Shown here piece by piece: positions 24,620 through 33,995 of a stretch of DNA of 35,230 nt. Positions within the stretch are counted from its first letter, which is position 1, and each line of letters starts with the position of its first letter. The stretch is from a virus. Taxonomy: Duplodnaviria > Caudoviricetes. The notes beneath the pieces are model-generated. The model was not told where the DNA came from and did no database searches. It saw nothing but the letters and a program-made list of their open reading frames with translations. A program made the position numbers and the translations under genes. The stretch lies in IMG/VR virus record IMGVR_UViG_3300033076_000961, positions 1 to 35,230 of that record, one strand, 5' to 3'.

Positions 24620-25651
24620 ATGACAGACGAGAATAACGGTGGCCCGATAACCCCAGATGGACCGGGTTCCACCGTTGAAGATGCTGCCGCAAGGTTTGAG
24701 CGCCTTCTGTCCCAACAAGAGGACAAACAGAAGAAGCGGTCCCGCAGCGAGACAGCCGAAGCGCCCCCGCCAGTAGAGGCAGAAGCCGAAGCAGACGAGG
24801 GCGAGGAAACAGAGGCCCCAGAGACGGACGAGGCGGAAGCCCCGGAAGACGAGGCCGAAAGTTCCACCGACGCACCCGACGAGGATGCTGCGGAGCAAGA
24901 CGACGCTGACCGGGTCTACACCGTCAAAGTTGACGGCACGGAGATGCAGGTCAAGCTGGACGAATTGCTCAAAGGCTATTCTAGGACGGCGGATTACACC
25001 CGGAAAACCGAGGCTCTGGCGAGGGAACGTAAAGAGTTCCACGCGGAAGCAGAACAGGTCAAGCAGGAACGCTCGCAGTATGCGCAGTTGCTCCCGGCTC
25101 TGGCGACGCAGCTCCAGTCTGCGATGCCGCAGCCGCCGAAACCTGAACTGCTAGACACAGACCCGCTTCAATACTTCCGCGAAAAGGAAGTCTACGAAGC
25201 GCAAGTCGGTAAACTGAACGCGGCGTTCTCTGAACTCAACCGCGTGCAGCAGGTCCAGCAAGAGGAACAGCTTAAACAGGCGCAGGCGATGGTCGCTTCC
25301 GCCAGAGACAAGCTCCCCGAACTGGTCCCGGCATGGAAAGACCCGAAGGCGTTTGAGCGGGATCGACCCAAGCTGCGGGAATATCTGACGAAGGTTGGTT
25401 ACTCGAATGAGGAAATCGACCAAGCGTATGACCCCCGCGCCGTTGCGACCGCTTGGAAGGCGATGAGATACGACGAACTCGTGTCTAGGAAGCCCAGACC
25501 AGACACGCCTCTGGAAAAAGTCATCCAGCCGAAGCCGACACCTGTCTCCCCGCAGGCCCGCAACATGCGGCCAGCCCAAGAAGCCCGGAAACGTCTCGCC
25601 CAATCTGGCCGCGTGGAAGACGCCGCTGCGGCCATTCGTTCGCTTCTGTAG
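24620..25651 (+). CDS. Capsid scaffolding protein
   Basis: Acidic N-terminus, YTVKVDG...LDELLKGYSRTADYTRKT, C-terminal SGRVEDAAAAI; precedes the MCP. Confidence 0.88.
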   Translation: MTDENNGGPITPDGPGSTVEDAAARFERLLSQQEDKQKKRSRSETAEAPPPVEAEAEADEGEETEAPETDEAEAPEDEAESSTDAPDEDAAEQDDADRVYTVKVDGTEMQVKLDELLKGYSRTADYTRKTEALARERKEFHAEAEQVKQERSQYAQLLPALATQLQSAMPQPPKPELLDTDPLQYFREKEVYEAQVGKLNAAFSELNRVQQVQQEEQLKQAQAMVASARDKLPELVPAWKDPKAFERDRPKLREYLTKVGYSNEEIDQAYDPRAVATAWKAMRYDELVSRKPRPDTPLEKVIQPKPTPVSPQARNMRPAQEARKRLAQSGRVEDAAAAIRSLL

Positions 25652-25670
25652 TTAAAAGGACAAGACAATA

Positions 25671-26651
25671 ATGGCTGCTACCTACACCTATAGCGTCAAC
25701 CCGACCGGCGTCGGTTCGGGCGCGATGCGCGAAGACCTCACTGATATTATTTACAATATCAGCCCGACTGCCACGCCATTTATGAGCAACATCGGCCGCG
25801 AGGAGTGCGATAGTACTTTTCACGAATGGCAGACCGATACGTTAGACGCCGCAGACAGCACGAACGCGCGTGTCGAAGGCGCTGACGCCTCAGACACGTC
25901 GTTCACAAAGGCGAACCGCGTCGGCAACTACACGCAGATTTCGGACAAGGTGATTAACGTCACCGGCACGACCGGCGCTGTAGACATGGCCGGTATGAAA
26001 ACGCTGGAAGCCTACCTGCTTGCCAAGCGTGGCCGCGAATTGAAGCGTGACATGGAGAAAATCCTGCTCACCAATCAGGCTGCGGTGGTTGGTAACTCGT
26101 CTACGGCGCGTAAGCTCGCGGGCTTCCCGGCGTGGATCAAGACCAACGTCGTCGCCAACGGCGCGACGGCTCCGACGCTGTCTGGCACGACGGACGGCTA
26201 CCCGAACGCGGCTTGGACGAACCTGACGACCCCGGCGGCCTTCACGGAAGCCATGCTCAAGACCGCTCTCCAGAGCCTCTGGACGAACGGTGGCGAAGCC
26301 CGCATGGCGATGTGCGGCCCGGTCAACAAGGTCAAGTTCTCAGCTTTCTCGGGTATCGCGCTCAACCGCGTTGAGGTGTCTGCGCCCAAGCAGACCTTCA
26401 TTCTCGGCGCTGCGGACGTCTACGTTAGTGACTTCGGCAATCTCGACATTGTCCCGAACCGCTTTACGAACGAGACGTTTGTCCACCTGATCGACCCGGA
26501 ATACGCCAAGATTTCCTACCTGCGTCCCTTCCAGCGCAACCCGCTCGCCAAGACGGGCGATAGCCGCCGGACCCAGATGCTCGTGGAATACTCCTTGGTC
26601 GTGAACACCGAGAAGGCTCACGCCACGATTGCGAACGTCCAGACCTCGTAA
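25671..26651 (+). CDS. Major capsid protein (DUF5309 / SU10-like)
   Basis: REDLTDIIYNISPTATPF, HEWQTD, NYTQI, ELKRDME, YVSDFG, LAKTGD. Confidence 0.93.
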   Translation: MAATYTYSVNPTGVGSGAMREDLTDIIYNISPTATPFMSNIGREECDSTFHEWQTDTLDAADSTNARVEGADASDTSFTKANRVGNYTQISDKVINVTGTTGAVDMAGMKTLEAYLLAKRGRELKRDMEKILLTNQAAVVGNSSTARKLAGFPAWIKTNVVANGATAPTLSGTTDGYPNAAWTNLTTPAAFTEAMLKTALQSLWTNGGEARMAMCGPVNKVKFSAFSGIALNRVEVSAPKQTFILGAADVYVSDFGNLDIVPNRFTNETFVHLIDPEYAKISYLRPFQRNPLAKTGDSRRTQMLVEYSLVVNTEKAHATIANVQTS

Positions 26652-26671
26652 GACGGTCTAAGACAAGACAC

Positions 26672-26701
26672 GGCAGAGGGGCTTTGGTCCCTCTGTCTTT
26701 T
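26672..26701 (+). terminator. Intrinsic terminator after the MCP
   Basis: GGCAGAGGGGC-TTTG-GTCCCTCTGTC hairpin (with G-U pairs) followed by TTTT. Confidence 0.75.
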
Positions 26702-26732
26702 GTGTTACAAGACAGAAACAACCGGGGCAGAC

Positions 26733-27062
26733 ATGGACAGTGGTTTCCGAGCCTTAACGGACGAAAACTTTGACTACGATCCGATGACCCGGACGCGTCA
26801 GAAGCTCACCATCGACAGCGATGGGGTGATGCACTTCACCAATGAGCAGGACGACAGTGAAATCCGCCAATACGCCCATGAGTGCCGGGGCGTCTGGTCG
26901 CAGCATCAGAAAATGGGCGACATTGCCCCCGTCGCGACCATCCCGGTTGTCGTGCAATACGACCTCTTAAAGCGCGGCATCTGGCAAGACAAAGAGCGTT
27001 TCCGCAAATGGCTCAACTCGATTGAGGCCGCTCCCTACCGCACGAGGGAGTTCACGGTATGA
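26733..27062 (+). CDS. Conserved-looking post-capsid hypothetical protein
   Basis: VATIPVVV...FRKWLN...YRT; start re-set to ATG 26733. Confidence 0.75.
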   Translation: MDSGFRALTDENFDYDPMTRTRQKLTIDSDGVMHFTNEQDDSEIRQYAHECRGVWSQHQKMGDIAPVATIPVVVQYDLLKRGIWQDKERFRKWLNSIEAAPYRTREFTV

Positions 27063-27754
27063 CCGTCTTCGCCGATCCGGGGTTCACCGCTACATATCAG
27101 GGCCTCTGCAATAAGATTGCTGACACCTTGAACCGCGCCGACCTGACAGCGGCAATACCTGACTTTACCGTCTTTGCGACGTCGCGCATTGAGCGCGACA
27201 TGGCGCGCGTCAAACACCCTCTCGCGGTGCAACGCGCAATCGCAACGGTGCAGAACAACTATGTTCCTCTGCCGGTGGACTACATCGCTGTCTATCAGTT
27301 GATGGATCAGGACACGTCGATTGTCCTGTCTTACGTCTCACCGGACCAGTCGAAGGAAGTTCTTGCGCAAGGTTGGCCGGGGACTGCCGCGCCTTTCTAC
27401 AACATGCTCCCGACGACGCCGCCCGCTAGCGGGCCGATCTATTACACGATCATCGGCAACCAGTTGCGCATCTTCCCGCCGCCGGGTGTGGCGGCTCCGG
27501 TCTATTTGGACCTTTGGTATTACGCGCGTCTCGCGGGTCTCTCGACGACGAACCCGACGAATTGGGCGCTGTCGCGTTACCCGGACCTCTATCTCTATGG
27601 CTCGCTGGTTCACTCCGCGCCGTATCTCAAAGCCGACGACCGCATTGCGATGTGGGAAAGCGCTTACCAGACAATCCTGCGCGACATTGAAGTTGAAGCT
27701 GACCGTTCGGTTCGGACGCAGTCAAAACTCAACGCTGCGCGTAGAGCCTTTTAG
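27059..27754 (+). CDS. Head-tail adaptor protein
   Basis: LNRADLTAAIPDF, NWALSRYPDLYLYGSL..SAPYLK.D.RI; position after the MCP. Confidence 0.8.
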   Translation: MTVFADPGFTATYQGLCNKIADTLNRADLTAAIPDFTVFATSRIERDMARVKHPLAVQRAIATVQNNYVPLPVDYIAVYQLMDQDTSIVLSYVSPDQSKEVLAQGWPGTAAPFYNMLPTTPPASGPIYYTIIGNQLRIFPPPGVAAPVYLDLWYYARLAGLSTTNPTNWALSRYPDLYLYGSLVHSAPYLKADDRIAMWESAYQTILRDIEVEADRSVRTQSKLNAARRAF

Positions 27755-27765
27755 GAGTAACCGGC

Positions 27766-28173
27766 ATGTCCGTTGTTTATTCGTCTACGCTGAAAAATAA
27801 CCGGATGCAGCTTGTCGCAGACTTAATTGCGGGCAAGGTCGCAGGGTCGTCTACGGGAACCGCCTCTGCGGGCGTTCTTGTGATTGGCACTTCCGCGCTG
27901 TCTGGCGCGACTGGCGTTCTTGTGAGTTTTACGCTTGGCACTACCCCCGGCACCGTGTCTGGCGGCGTCCTGACGATCTCCGGCGTCCCTCTGACGGCTA
28001 CGGCATCTGGCACCGGCACGGCGGCAAAGGGCGAGCTGCGAGACAACGCTGGCAACGTCATTGTGTCTGGCCTGACGGTCGGCACCTCCGGCACCGACAT
28101 CATCATCAATGCGACGGCCATTTCATCGGGTCAGTCTGTCACCCTGTCCAGCGGCACGATCACGCACGGGTAA
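27766..28173 (+). CDS. Small virion structural protein
   Basis: G/S/T-rich beta pattern, ASGTGTAAK, GLTVGTSGTD; AGGAG SD. Confidence 0.7.
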   Translation: MSVVYSSTLKNNRMQLVADLIAGKVAGSSTGTASAGVLVIGTSALSGATGVLVSFTLGTTPGTVSGGVLTISGVPLTATASGTGTAAKGELRDNAGNVIVSGLTVGTSGTDIIINATAISSGQSVTLSSGTITHG

Positions 28174-28179
28174 ACCATA

Positions 28180-30057
28180 ATGGCTTCTAAGCTGTATAAC
28201 CGCGCTAGGGTTACAATCTCCAGCACCGGCACCGGGACGCTAAGTCTTAGCACGGCTGTCGCGGGGTATCAGACCTTCGCGTCTGCTGGCGCGCAGACAG
28301 GCGACGTTGTCAGCTACGTCATCGAAGACGGCCTGAATTGGGAAGTCGGAACCGGCACGTTTAATTCGGTAGCCAATACGCTTACCCGCACAGTTACGCA
28401 ATCGTTCAACGGCACGACCTACGGCACGACCGCGATCAGCGTCACGACCTCGGCGCAGGTGTTTATCTCCCCGCTTGCGGCTGATTTGTCGCTCAATGGC
28501 CTGCCGGGAGGCCCGCTCAATGTCGCCAACGGCGGCACCGGCCTCACCTCGCTCACCGCTGGCTACATCCCGTATGGCAATGGGACGGGAGCGTTTAGCA
28601 ACTCTGCGAACTTTTCGTATAATGGAACGTCCCTATTCCTAACAGGCGCGGCAACGGACGGCATTGTTCTAAGGAGTTCGGCTGGCGCAGGAAGTGGCTT
28701 CAAGCTCTATAACGATAGCTCTGTAGACACAGCATATCTGATGAACTACTACAGCGGGCCTATGGTATTTGGCACCGCTAACACCGAGCGCCTACGCATC
28801 GCCTCTGACGGCTCGGTAGGCATAGGGACGAGTTCGCCGGGCCAGAAACTGGAAGTAGCCGGAACTATTAAATCGTCAAGCGGCACAGCATTCATCTGTC
28901 AGAATAGCAGTGCAACAGGCTCCAATGCTGTCCGCATGATTAACAATTCTGGCAGCTTCTATTTTGGAACTGAAAACTCGGCTGGAACCGATTACGGACT
29001 ACCGGCATATGCAGCGTTTATGTATGCCAATTACGCCTCACCCATTTGTTTTGTGACAAACGGCGCGGAGAAAATGCGCCTAGACGCCAGCGGCAACCTC
29101 GGCCTCGGAGTGACGCCGAGCTACAAATTAGATGTTGGTGGAGGCGCTGGAGCAAACTGGATAAGAACTGCAAGCGGCGGGGCGAACTCTGGTGCTGGTG
29201 TAATCATAGCTGGCGCTAGTAACTCATATAAAAACTGGGTTATTGCCTGTCAGTATAATTTAGCTGGTGGTTTAGAGTTTACTCAAACGACAACAGCAGG
29301 CGGGTCAACGATTGGCTCAACGCCTGCAATGGCGCTGGATGTCAATGGCAATCTACTGTGCGGCCTATCAAACGCCGTTAATGGTGTTGGAACATCTGGA
29401 TCAGGACGCATCACATCAAAAGCACCGGGTGCTAACGGCTTTAGTAATTTCTTGGCGTATTCAAGCAGCAATGATGCCGTTATCGCTATGGGCCACGATG
29501 GTTCAGCCGGTATCATCGGCACAACATACGCTTCAACTGCTGGTTTTACGCCAATCGCGTTTTATACAAGCGGCTCAGAGCGCGCCCGCATCGACGCATC
29601 CGGCAACGTAGGAATTGGCACAACCAGCCCTGTGTTCTCAGGCGGCTCCGGCGTTCACGTTGAGCGCGCTGGTGTCGCCACATACCGCGCGTATAACTCG
29701 TCGTCTGCTTATGCTGTTGAGTTTAGAGGCGGTTCTGCTGGCGCGGAGATTGATGCTCGTGGGTCATCTCCTGTTATTACCTTTCAAATTGGTGGCGGTG
29801 AAGTTGCTCGTGTCAATAATAATGGGTCGTTTAGCGCCTGTAACGCGACAGCTACACCCGCTGGCGGATCAACGTCAGCGCGGCTTCTTCTTGGAACTAC
29901 AAGCGGTTTCGGCATCTACTATGGCTCTGGCGCACCAACAGTATCAGCAGCGCAAGGCTCAATCTACCTACGTTCTGACGGCTCAAGCACATCAACTCGT
30001 TTGTATGTGAATACGAACGGCAGCACGACATGGACTAACGTGACGACAGCGGCGTAA
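28180..30057 (+). CDS. Tail fibre protein
   Basis: N-terminal STGTGTLSL...WEVGTGT; repeated ER.RI...G.VGIGT.SP modules; C-terminal GSGAP....QGSIYLR. Confidence 0.85.
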   Translation: MASKLYNRARVTISSTGTGTLSLSTAVAGYQTFASAGAQTGDVVSYVIEDGLNWEVGTGTFNSVANTLTRTVTQSFNGTTYGTTAISVTTSAQVFISPLAADLSLNGLPGGPLNVANGGTGLTSLTAGYIPYGNGTGAFSNSANFSYNGTSLFLTGAATDGIVLRSSAGAGSGFKLYNDSSVDTAYLMNYYSGPMVFGTANTERLRIASDGSVGIGTSSPGQKLEVAGTIKSSSGTAFICQNSSATGSNAVRMINNSGSFYFGTENSAGTDYGLPAYAAFMYANYASPICFVTNGAEKMRLDASGNLGLGVTPSYKLDVGGGAGANWIRTASGGANSGAGVIIAGASNSYKNWVIACQYNLAGGLEFTQTTTAGGSTIGSTPAMALDVNGNLLCGLSNAVNGVGTSGSGRITSKAPGANGFSNFLAYSSSNDAVIAMGHDGSAGIIGTTYASTAGFTPIAFYTSGSERARIDASGNVGIGTTSPVFSGGSGVHVERAGVATYRAYNSSSAYAVEFRGGSAGAEIDARGSSPVITFQIGGGEVARVNNNGSFSACNATATPAGGSTSARLLLGTTSGFGIYYGSGAPTVSAAQGSIYLRSDGSSTSTRLYVNTNGSTTWTNVTTAA

Positions 30058-30066
30058 GGAAACAAA

Positions 30067-30399
30067 ATGGCTAACACATACAACTGGATAATCTCCCAAC
30101 TCGAATGTTACCCAACTCACGAAGGACACACAGACGTTGTGTTCACCATCCACTGGCGGCGTCAGGCGACTGACGGCACACACAGTGCTGACATCTATGG
30201 TTCGCAGGCGGTAACGCTCGACGCCGAAGCGCCGTTCACGCCGTTTGCCGATCTAACCGAAGCGCAGGTCATCGGTTGGCTTGAGGACGCTATGGGCGCT
30301 GAGACGCTTGCGACGCAGTTGACGGCGCTGGATCAGCAGATTGAAAATCAGATCAATCCGCCTGTCGTTAATCCGCCGCTTCCGTGGGCTGCTGCGTAA
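30067..30399 (+). CDS. Tail-fibre-associated small protein (DUF7936-like)
   Basis: Y.W.I..L, VVFTIHW, FTPFADLTE.QV.GW, PLPW. Confidence 0.75.
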   Translation: MANTYNWIISQLECYPTHEGHTDVVFTIHWRRQATDGTHSADIYGSQAVTLDAEAPFTPFADLTEAQVIGWLEDAMGAETLATQLTALDQQIENQINPPVVNPPLPWAAA

Positions 30400-30731
30400 T
30401 GAGCATTTCCTACCAGTGGATTGTCGAACGGCTTGACGCCTATCCGCAGAAAGATGGGTTTGCGGACGTAGTGTTTTCCGTTTTCTGGCGCGTCAATGCG
30501 ACAGACGGCGTGGGGCATGAAGCGACGATTGCTGGCGTGCAGGCGATTGATCTCGACGACACAGGTGATTTCACGCCTTACAATAATCTGACGTCAGATC
30601 AAGTCTTGTCGTGGGTGACAAATGCGATGGGGCCAATAGGCGTCGCTAATATCCTTGGCTACTTGTCGAAGCAGATTGCAAACCAGATTACGCCGCCGGT
30701 CGCTTCACCGGCTCTACCTTGGGGGAACTAA
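30399..30731 (+). CDS. Tail-fibre-associated small protein (DUF7936-like), paralogue of the previous gene
   Basis: Same motifs (YQWIV, VVFSVFW, FTPYNNLT..QV..W, ALPW); start re-set to ATG 30399. Confidence 0.75.
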   Translation: MSISYQWIVERLDAYPQKDGFADVVFSVFWRVNATDGVGHEATIAGVQAIDLDDTGDFTPYNNLTSDQVLSWVTNAMGPIGVANILGYLSKQIANQITPPVASPALPWGN

Positions 30732-30892
30732 TGGAAAATCAGCCTATCTCAATCACGCTAACAGTCGCACAGTGGAATGTCGTCATGTCGGCGCTCGGCG
30801 AACTGCCGCTCAAAGCCTCTGTCGACGTGTTTAGCGCCATTCGTGCGCAGGCTGACGCGGCTTTGAAGCCGTCTGAACCCCAGCCGGAGTAA
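30731..30892 (+). CDS. 53 aa hypothetical protein (MENQPISITLTVAQWNVVMSALGELP...)
   Basis: TAATG overlap, GGGGGA SD; below the ORF-track cut-off. Confidence 0.7.
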   Translation: MENQPISITLTVAQWNVVMSALGELPLKASVDVFSAIRAQADAALKPSEPQPE

Positions 30893-30899
30893 GTCTCAG

Positions 30900-31823
30900 A
30901 TGCTTGGTTTCTCCCCGATAGCTGGAGCGCCGCTTGCGGCTGCGGGAGGAACCTCGTCCGTAATTCTTGCCGCGACGGAGGCCCCTGACACGGCCGCTGT
31001 CGCGGCATCTATCGTTTCAACCGCTACGCTTACTGCGACCGAAGCCGCAGACACCGTCGCGGTAGCCGTCAACGTCACGGCCAGCGCAAGTCTGGCTGCA
31101 ACCGAGACACAAGACACCGCTTCGGCTTCGGTTTCGGCCACAACGCTTGTAAATCTTACGGCGACAGAAGCCCAAGACACCGCGTCTTTCGCAACGGCGA
31201 TTGACCCGGCGCTATGTTTCTTGGCTGCGGCGGAAAGCCCCGACACCGCGTCTGGCGCGGTCAATGTCGTTGCGACCGCAGCGCTAGCGGCCACGGAAAG
31301 CCAAGACACCGCGTCTGGCGTTGTGGACGCGCAGACCCTTGTTCTCCTGCTTGCCACGGAAGCCCAAGACACCGCTAACTTCTCAGCGACATCTTACAAC
31401 ACGGCGTATTTTGCCGTTACCGAAGCGCCAGACACGGCATCTGCGACTGCAAATGTAACTGGTTCGCTTGTATTGGCGGCGTCGGAAGCGCCAGACACAA
31501 TTAGCACCGTTGTCTACGTCCTTTGGAGCGTCCTTCCCGAAGTCAACGTCACTTGGTCGCCGCAGACCGGGGGTGACGTGTCTTGGAGCGCAGTCAACCC
31601 GCCTCCGACGCCTTCAAACAACAATAGCGCAGGGCTTTTGGTCGGTGGCGTGCTTGGAGGCTCCGTTATGGCGGCAACCGCCAAGCCCCCGACCGGCGGC
31701 GCGATTGGAACGGTATGGATCAATCAAACCGATCCGACGCAATCTTGGACGGCTGTCTCCGAAACAGATCAGACGTGGCAGAATGTGCCGCAAACATATA
31801 ACCCGCAGCAAGAGGCGGCTTAA
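30900..31823 (+). CDS. Virion protein with tandem L(A/T)ATEA(Q/P)DTA repeats
   Basis: About nine repeats of roughly 21-22 aa; MLGFSPIAGAPLA N-terminus. Confidence 0.75.
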   Translation: MLGFSPIAGAPLAAAGGTSSVILAATEAPDTAAVAASIVSTATLTATEAADTVAVAVNVTASASLAATETQDTASASVSATTLVNLTATEAQDTASFATAIDPALCFLAAAESPDTASGAVNVVATAALAATESQDTASGVVDAQTLVLLLATEAQDTANFSATSYNTAYFAVTEAPDTASATANVTGSLVLAASEAPDTISTVVYVLWSVLPEVNVTWSPQTGGDVSWSAVNPPPTPSNNNSAGLLVGGVLGGSVMAATAKPPTGGAIGTVWINQTDPTQSWTAVSETDQTWQNVPQTYNPQQEAA

Positions 31824-31825
31824 TC

Positions 31826-32863
31826 ATGGCGAATACATATACTCCGACATACAACCTCTTGAAGCCGGAAGTCGGCGCGGACACAAACGCGTGGGGAACG
31901 CATCTTAATAACGATTTGGACGTCATCGACGCCAACATGGTGTCGCGCATCCTGACGTCTGCGCAGACCCTAGCGGGCGCAATCAATCTTCCTTCTAACG
32001 GTTTGAATGTTGGCTCTGGTCAGCTCCGTGTGACGGGCGGCAACGTCACGATGTCCGGCACGTTGACGACGACCGGCGCGGCGACGCTGTCTTCGACACT
32101 GACGGTTGGATCGACAGCCAACCTGCAAGGTGCGCTCAATCTTACCGGCGCTGCGGCTTTTGCCAGCACCTTGTCTGTCACAGGCGCGACGGCCCTTGCG
32201 GCGAACGGTCTGAATGTCGGTTCCGGTCAGCTCCAAGTGACCGGCGGCAACGTCAATATGTCCGGTAGCCTCACCGTCACCGGGACGATTACATCGGCTG
32301 CGCATACTGCTTCGTCGCTCATTGTGTCTGGTGCTGCGTCGATTGGAACGACGCTTGGCGTGTCTGGCGCGACGACGTTGTCCAGCACCCTTGCTGTAAC
32401 GGGCGCAACGTCTTTGACCGGCAATCTCTCAATTATTAGCGGTTCCAGCGAACGGACAATCACGCTTGGCAGCACTGGCGGATACTTTTACGGTAATTCC
32501 TCGACGGCTGGTTGGCGAGACAGCTCTGGCAACGCCAGAGTTTATTGGGATACGTCGGGCAATTTTACCGCCGCTGCGAATATCACCGCGTATTCGGACG
32601 AACGGCTTAAAGAGAATATCCAGACGATTGATGGCGCGCTCGGCTTGGTTGGTCTGCTTCGCGGCGTTCATTACCGCCACAAGGACACTCAGCGCGACAA
32701 CATTGGCGTCATTGCGCAGGAAGTGCAGAGGGTTTTGCCGCAGCTTATCCACGAGGACGAACAAGGCTACCTGTCTGTCGGATACTGTAACCTGTCCGCC
32801 CTGTTCATCGAAGCAATCAAAGAACTCACTGGCCGCGTTCAATCTCTTGAGGCTGCTAAATGA
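31826..32863 (+). CDS. Tail fibre/spike with C-terminal intramolecular chaperone (peptidase S74)
   Basis: YSDERLKENI, GVIAQEV, L.IEAIKEL; duplicated NGLNVGSGQL.VTGGNV.MSG. Confidence 0.88.
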   Translation: MANTYTPTYNLLKPEVGADTNAWGTHLNNDLDVIDANMVSRILTSAQTLAGAINLPSNGLNVGSGQLRVTGGNVTMSGTLTTTGAATLSSTLTVGSTANLQGALNLTGAAAFASTLSVTGATALAANGLNVGSGQLQVTGGNVNMSGSLTVTGTITSAAHTASSLIVSGAASIGTTLGVSGATTLSSTLAVTGATSLTGNLSIISGSSERTITLGSTGGYFYGNSSTAGWRDSSGNARVYWDTSGNFTAAANITAYSDERLKENIQTIDGALGLVGLLRGVHYRHKDTQRDNIGVIAQEVQRVLPQLIHEDEQGYLSVGYCNLSALFIEAIKELTGRVQSLEAAK

Positions 32864-33645
32864 CGATACCTTCGTCTGGCGGCAATAATCCGCCGATCTC
32901 AATGTATGACGTGAATAGCGATCCGCAGGACGGTTTCGGCCTTGGCTGGAGCATGTCCGCGTATCGGGGGCAAATCTACGACAACAAATCTGGTGGCGTT
33001 GGATTGCTACCTGCTGGGCCGTCGATAAGTCTCTCCGATTTTTACGGCAAGCGCCGTGTCGATGCTGGTTCCCGAAGCGGATTTGGCAGTGGTTCTCAGA
33101 CTGTACCGCCTTATCGAACCATAACGATTTACGTCTACGGCGGCTCCGGGGGTGGTGGGGGCGGCCAAGGTTATCTTGGTTACGCTGGCTGTTCGCTAGA
33201 TAGCGCAGGAAGCGGTACTGCTGGCAGCGGTTCGACCGTTGGCGCTAGTGGTGATGCTTGGTACCGCAGCGCATCTGGCGGTTCTGGTGGCCCCGGTGGC
33301 GGCGCGGGTGGCCCGACCCCCGGCGCAAATGGGGCTGGGGCTGACGGAAGTTCGCCCGCTGGGGGTGGTGGTGGCGCAAACCAAGGTAGCGGCTCCGCTG
33401 GTGGCGCAGGTGGTCGTGGTGGAAAATCCACAATCACTCTTACCAATCCCATACTAGGCGGAACAGGCCCAGTGTCCGGCTCTGCTATTTCATATTCGAT
33501 TGGTGGTGGGGGTGGTCGAGGCGGTGGCGGTGCGGGCAAAGGAAAGTTTGTCTACCCGTCCTATTGGGATTGCAACCTTAACGGGCAGAATGGCGATCCC
33601 GGCGTCAACGGGAATAGTGGTTATGGGGGCATGAGTTGGACATGA
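32860..33645 (+). CDS. Glycine-rich tail-associated protein
   Basis: IPSSG...ISM, ISLSDFYGK, GGGGGGG tracts; ATGA overlap. Confidence 0.75.
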   Translation: MTIPSSGGNNPPISMYDVNSDPQDGFGLGWSMSAYRGQIYDNKSGGVGLLPAGPSISLSDFYGKRRVDAGSRSGFGSGSQTVPPYRTITIYVYGGSGGGGGGQGYLGYAGCSLDSAGSGTAGSGSTVGASGDAWYRSASGGSGGPGGGAGGPTPGANGAGADGSSPAGGGGGANQGSGSAGGAGGRGGKSTITLTNPILGGTGPVSGSAISYSIGGGGGRGGGGAGKGKFVYPSYWDCNLNGQNGDPGVNGNSGYGGMSWT

Positions 33646-33995
33646 TCGAAGAACTTATCTCCCGTGTTTTTGCGACACGTAACGCTGTGCATCTCGCGCA
33701 TTGGGCGGAAACCTCCGGCTATCGCCATACGGTTTTAGGCGAGTTTTACGACAGTCTAATTGACAAAACGGATCGTCTTGTTGAGGCACACATGGGTGCG
33801 TTTGGCCGCATCAAGAACGTGACGCAGCGTATCGTCGACAAAGATGAGATCGCCAAGCACATTGCTGACGAGGCGAATTGGCTCGATGCAAACCGCGACA
33901 AAATCTCTGGCGACGTGCGAGCATTGTCTAATCTGGTTGACGACCTTGTAGACGAGTATCTTTCTGTTCACTTCAAACTGGCAAACCTGAAATGA
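33642..33995 (+). CDS. Ferritin/Dps-like four-helix protein (DUF5856-like)
   Basis: HLAHW.....H..LGEFYD....D..VE...G, FKL..LK; start re-set to ATG 33642. Confidence 0.75.
   Translation: MIEELISRVFATRNAVHLAHWAETSGYRHTVLGEFYDSLIDKTDRLVEAHMGAFGRIKNVTQRIVDKDEIAKHIADEANWLDANRDKISGDVRALSNLVDDLVDEYLSVHFKLANLK

Noticed and set aside
28180-33645. Diversity-generating retroelement or invertible tail cassette
   Set aside because: No reverse transcriptase or invertase, and no repeat pair differing only at adenines; the duplication in 31826-32863 differs mostly at synonymous sites
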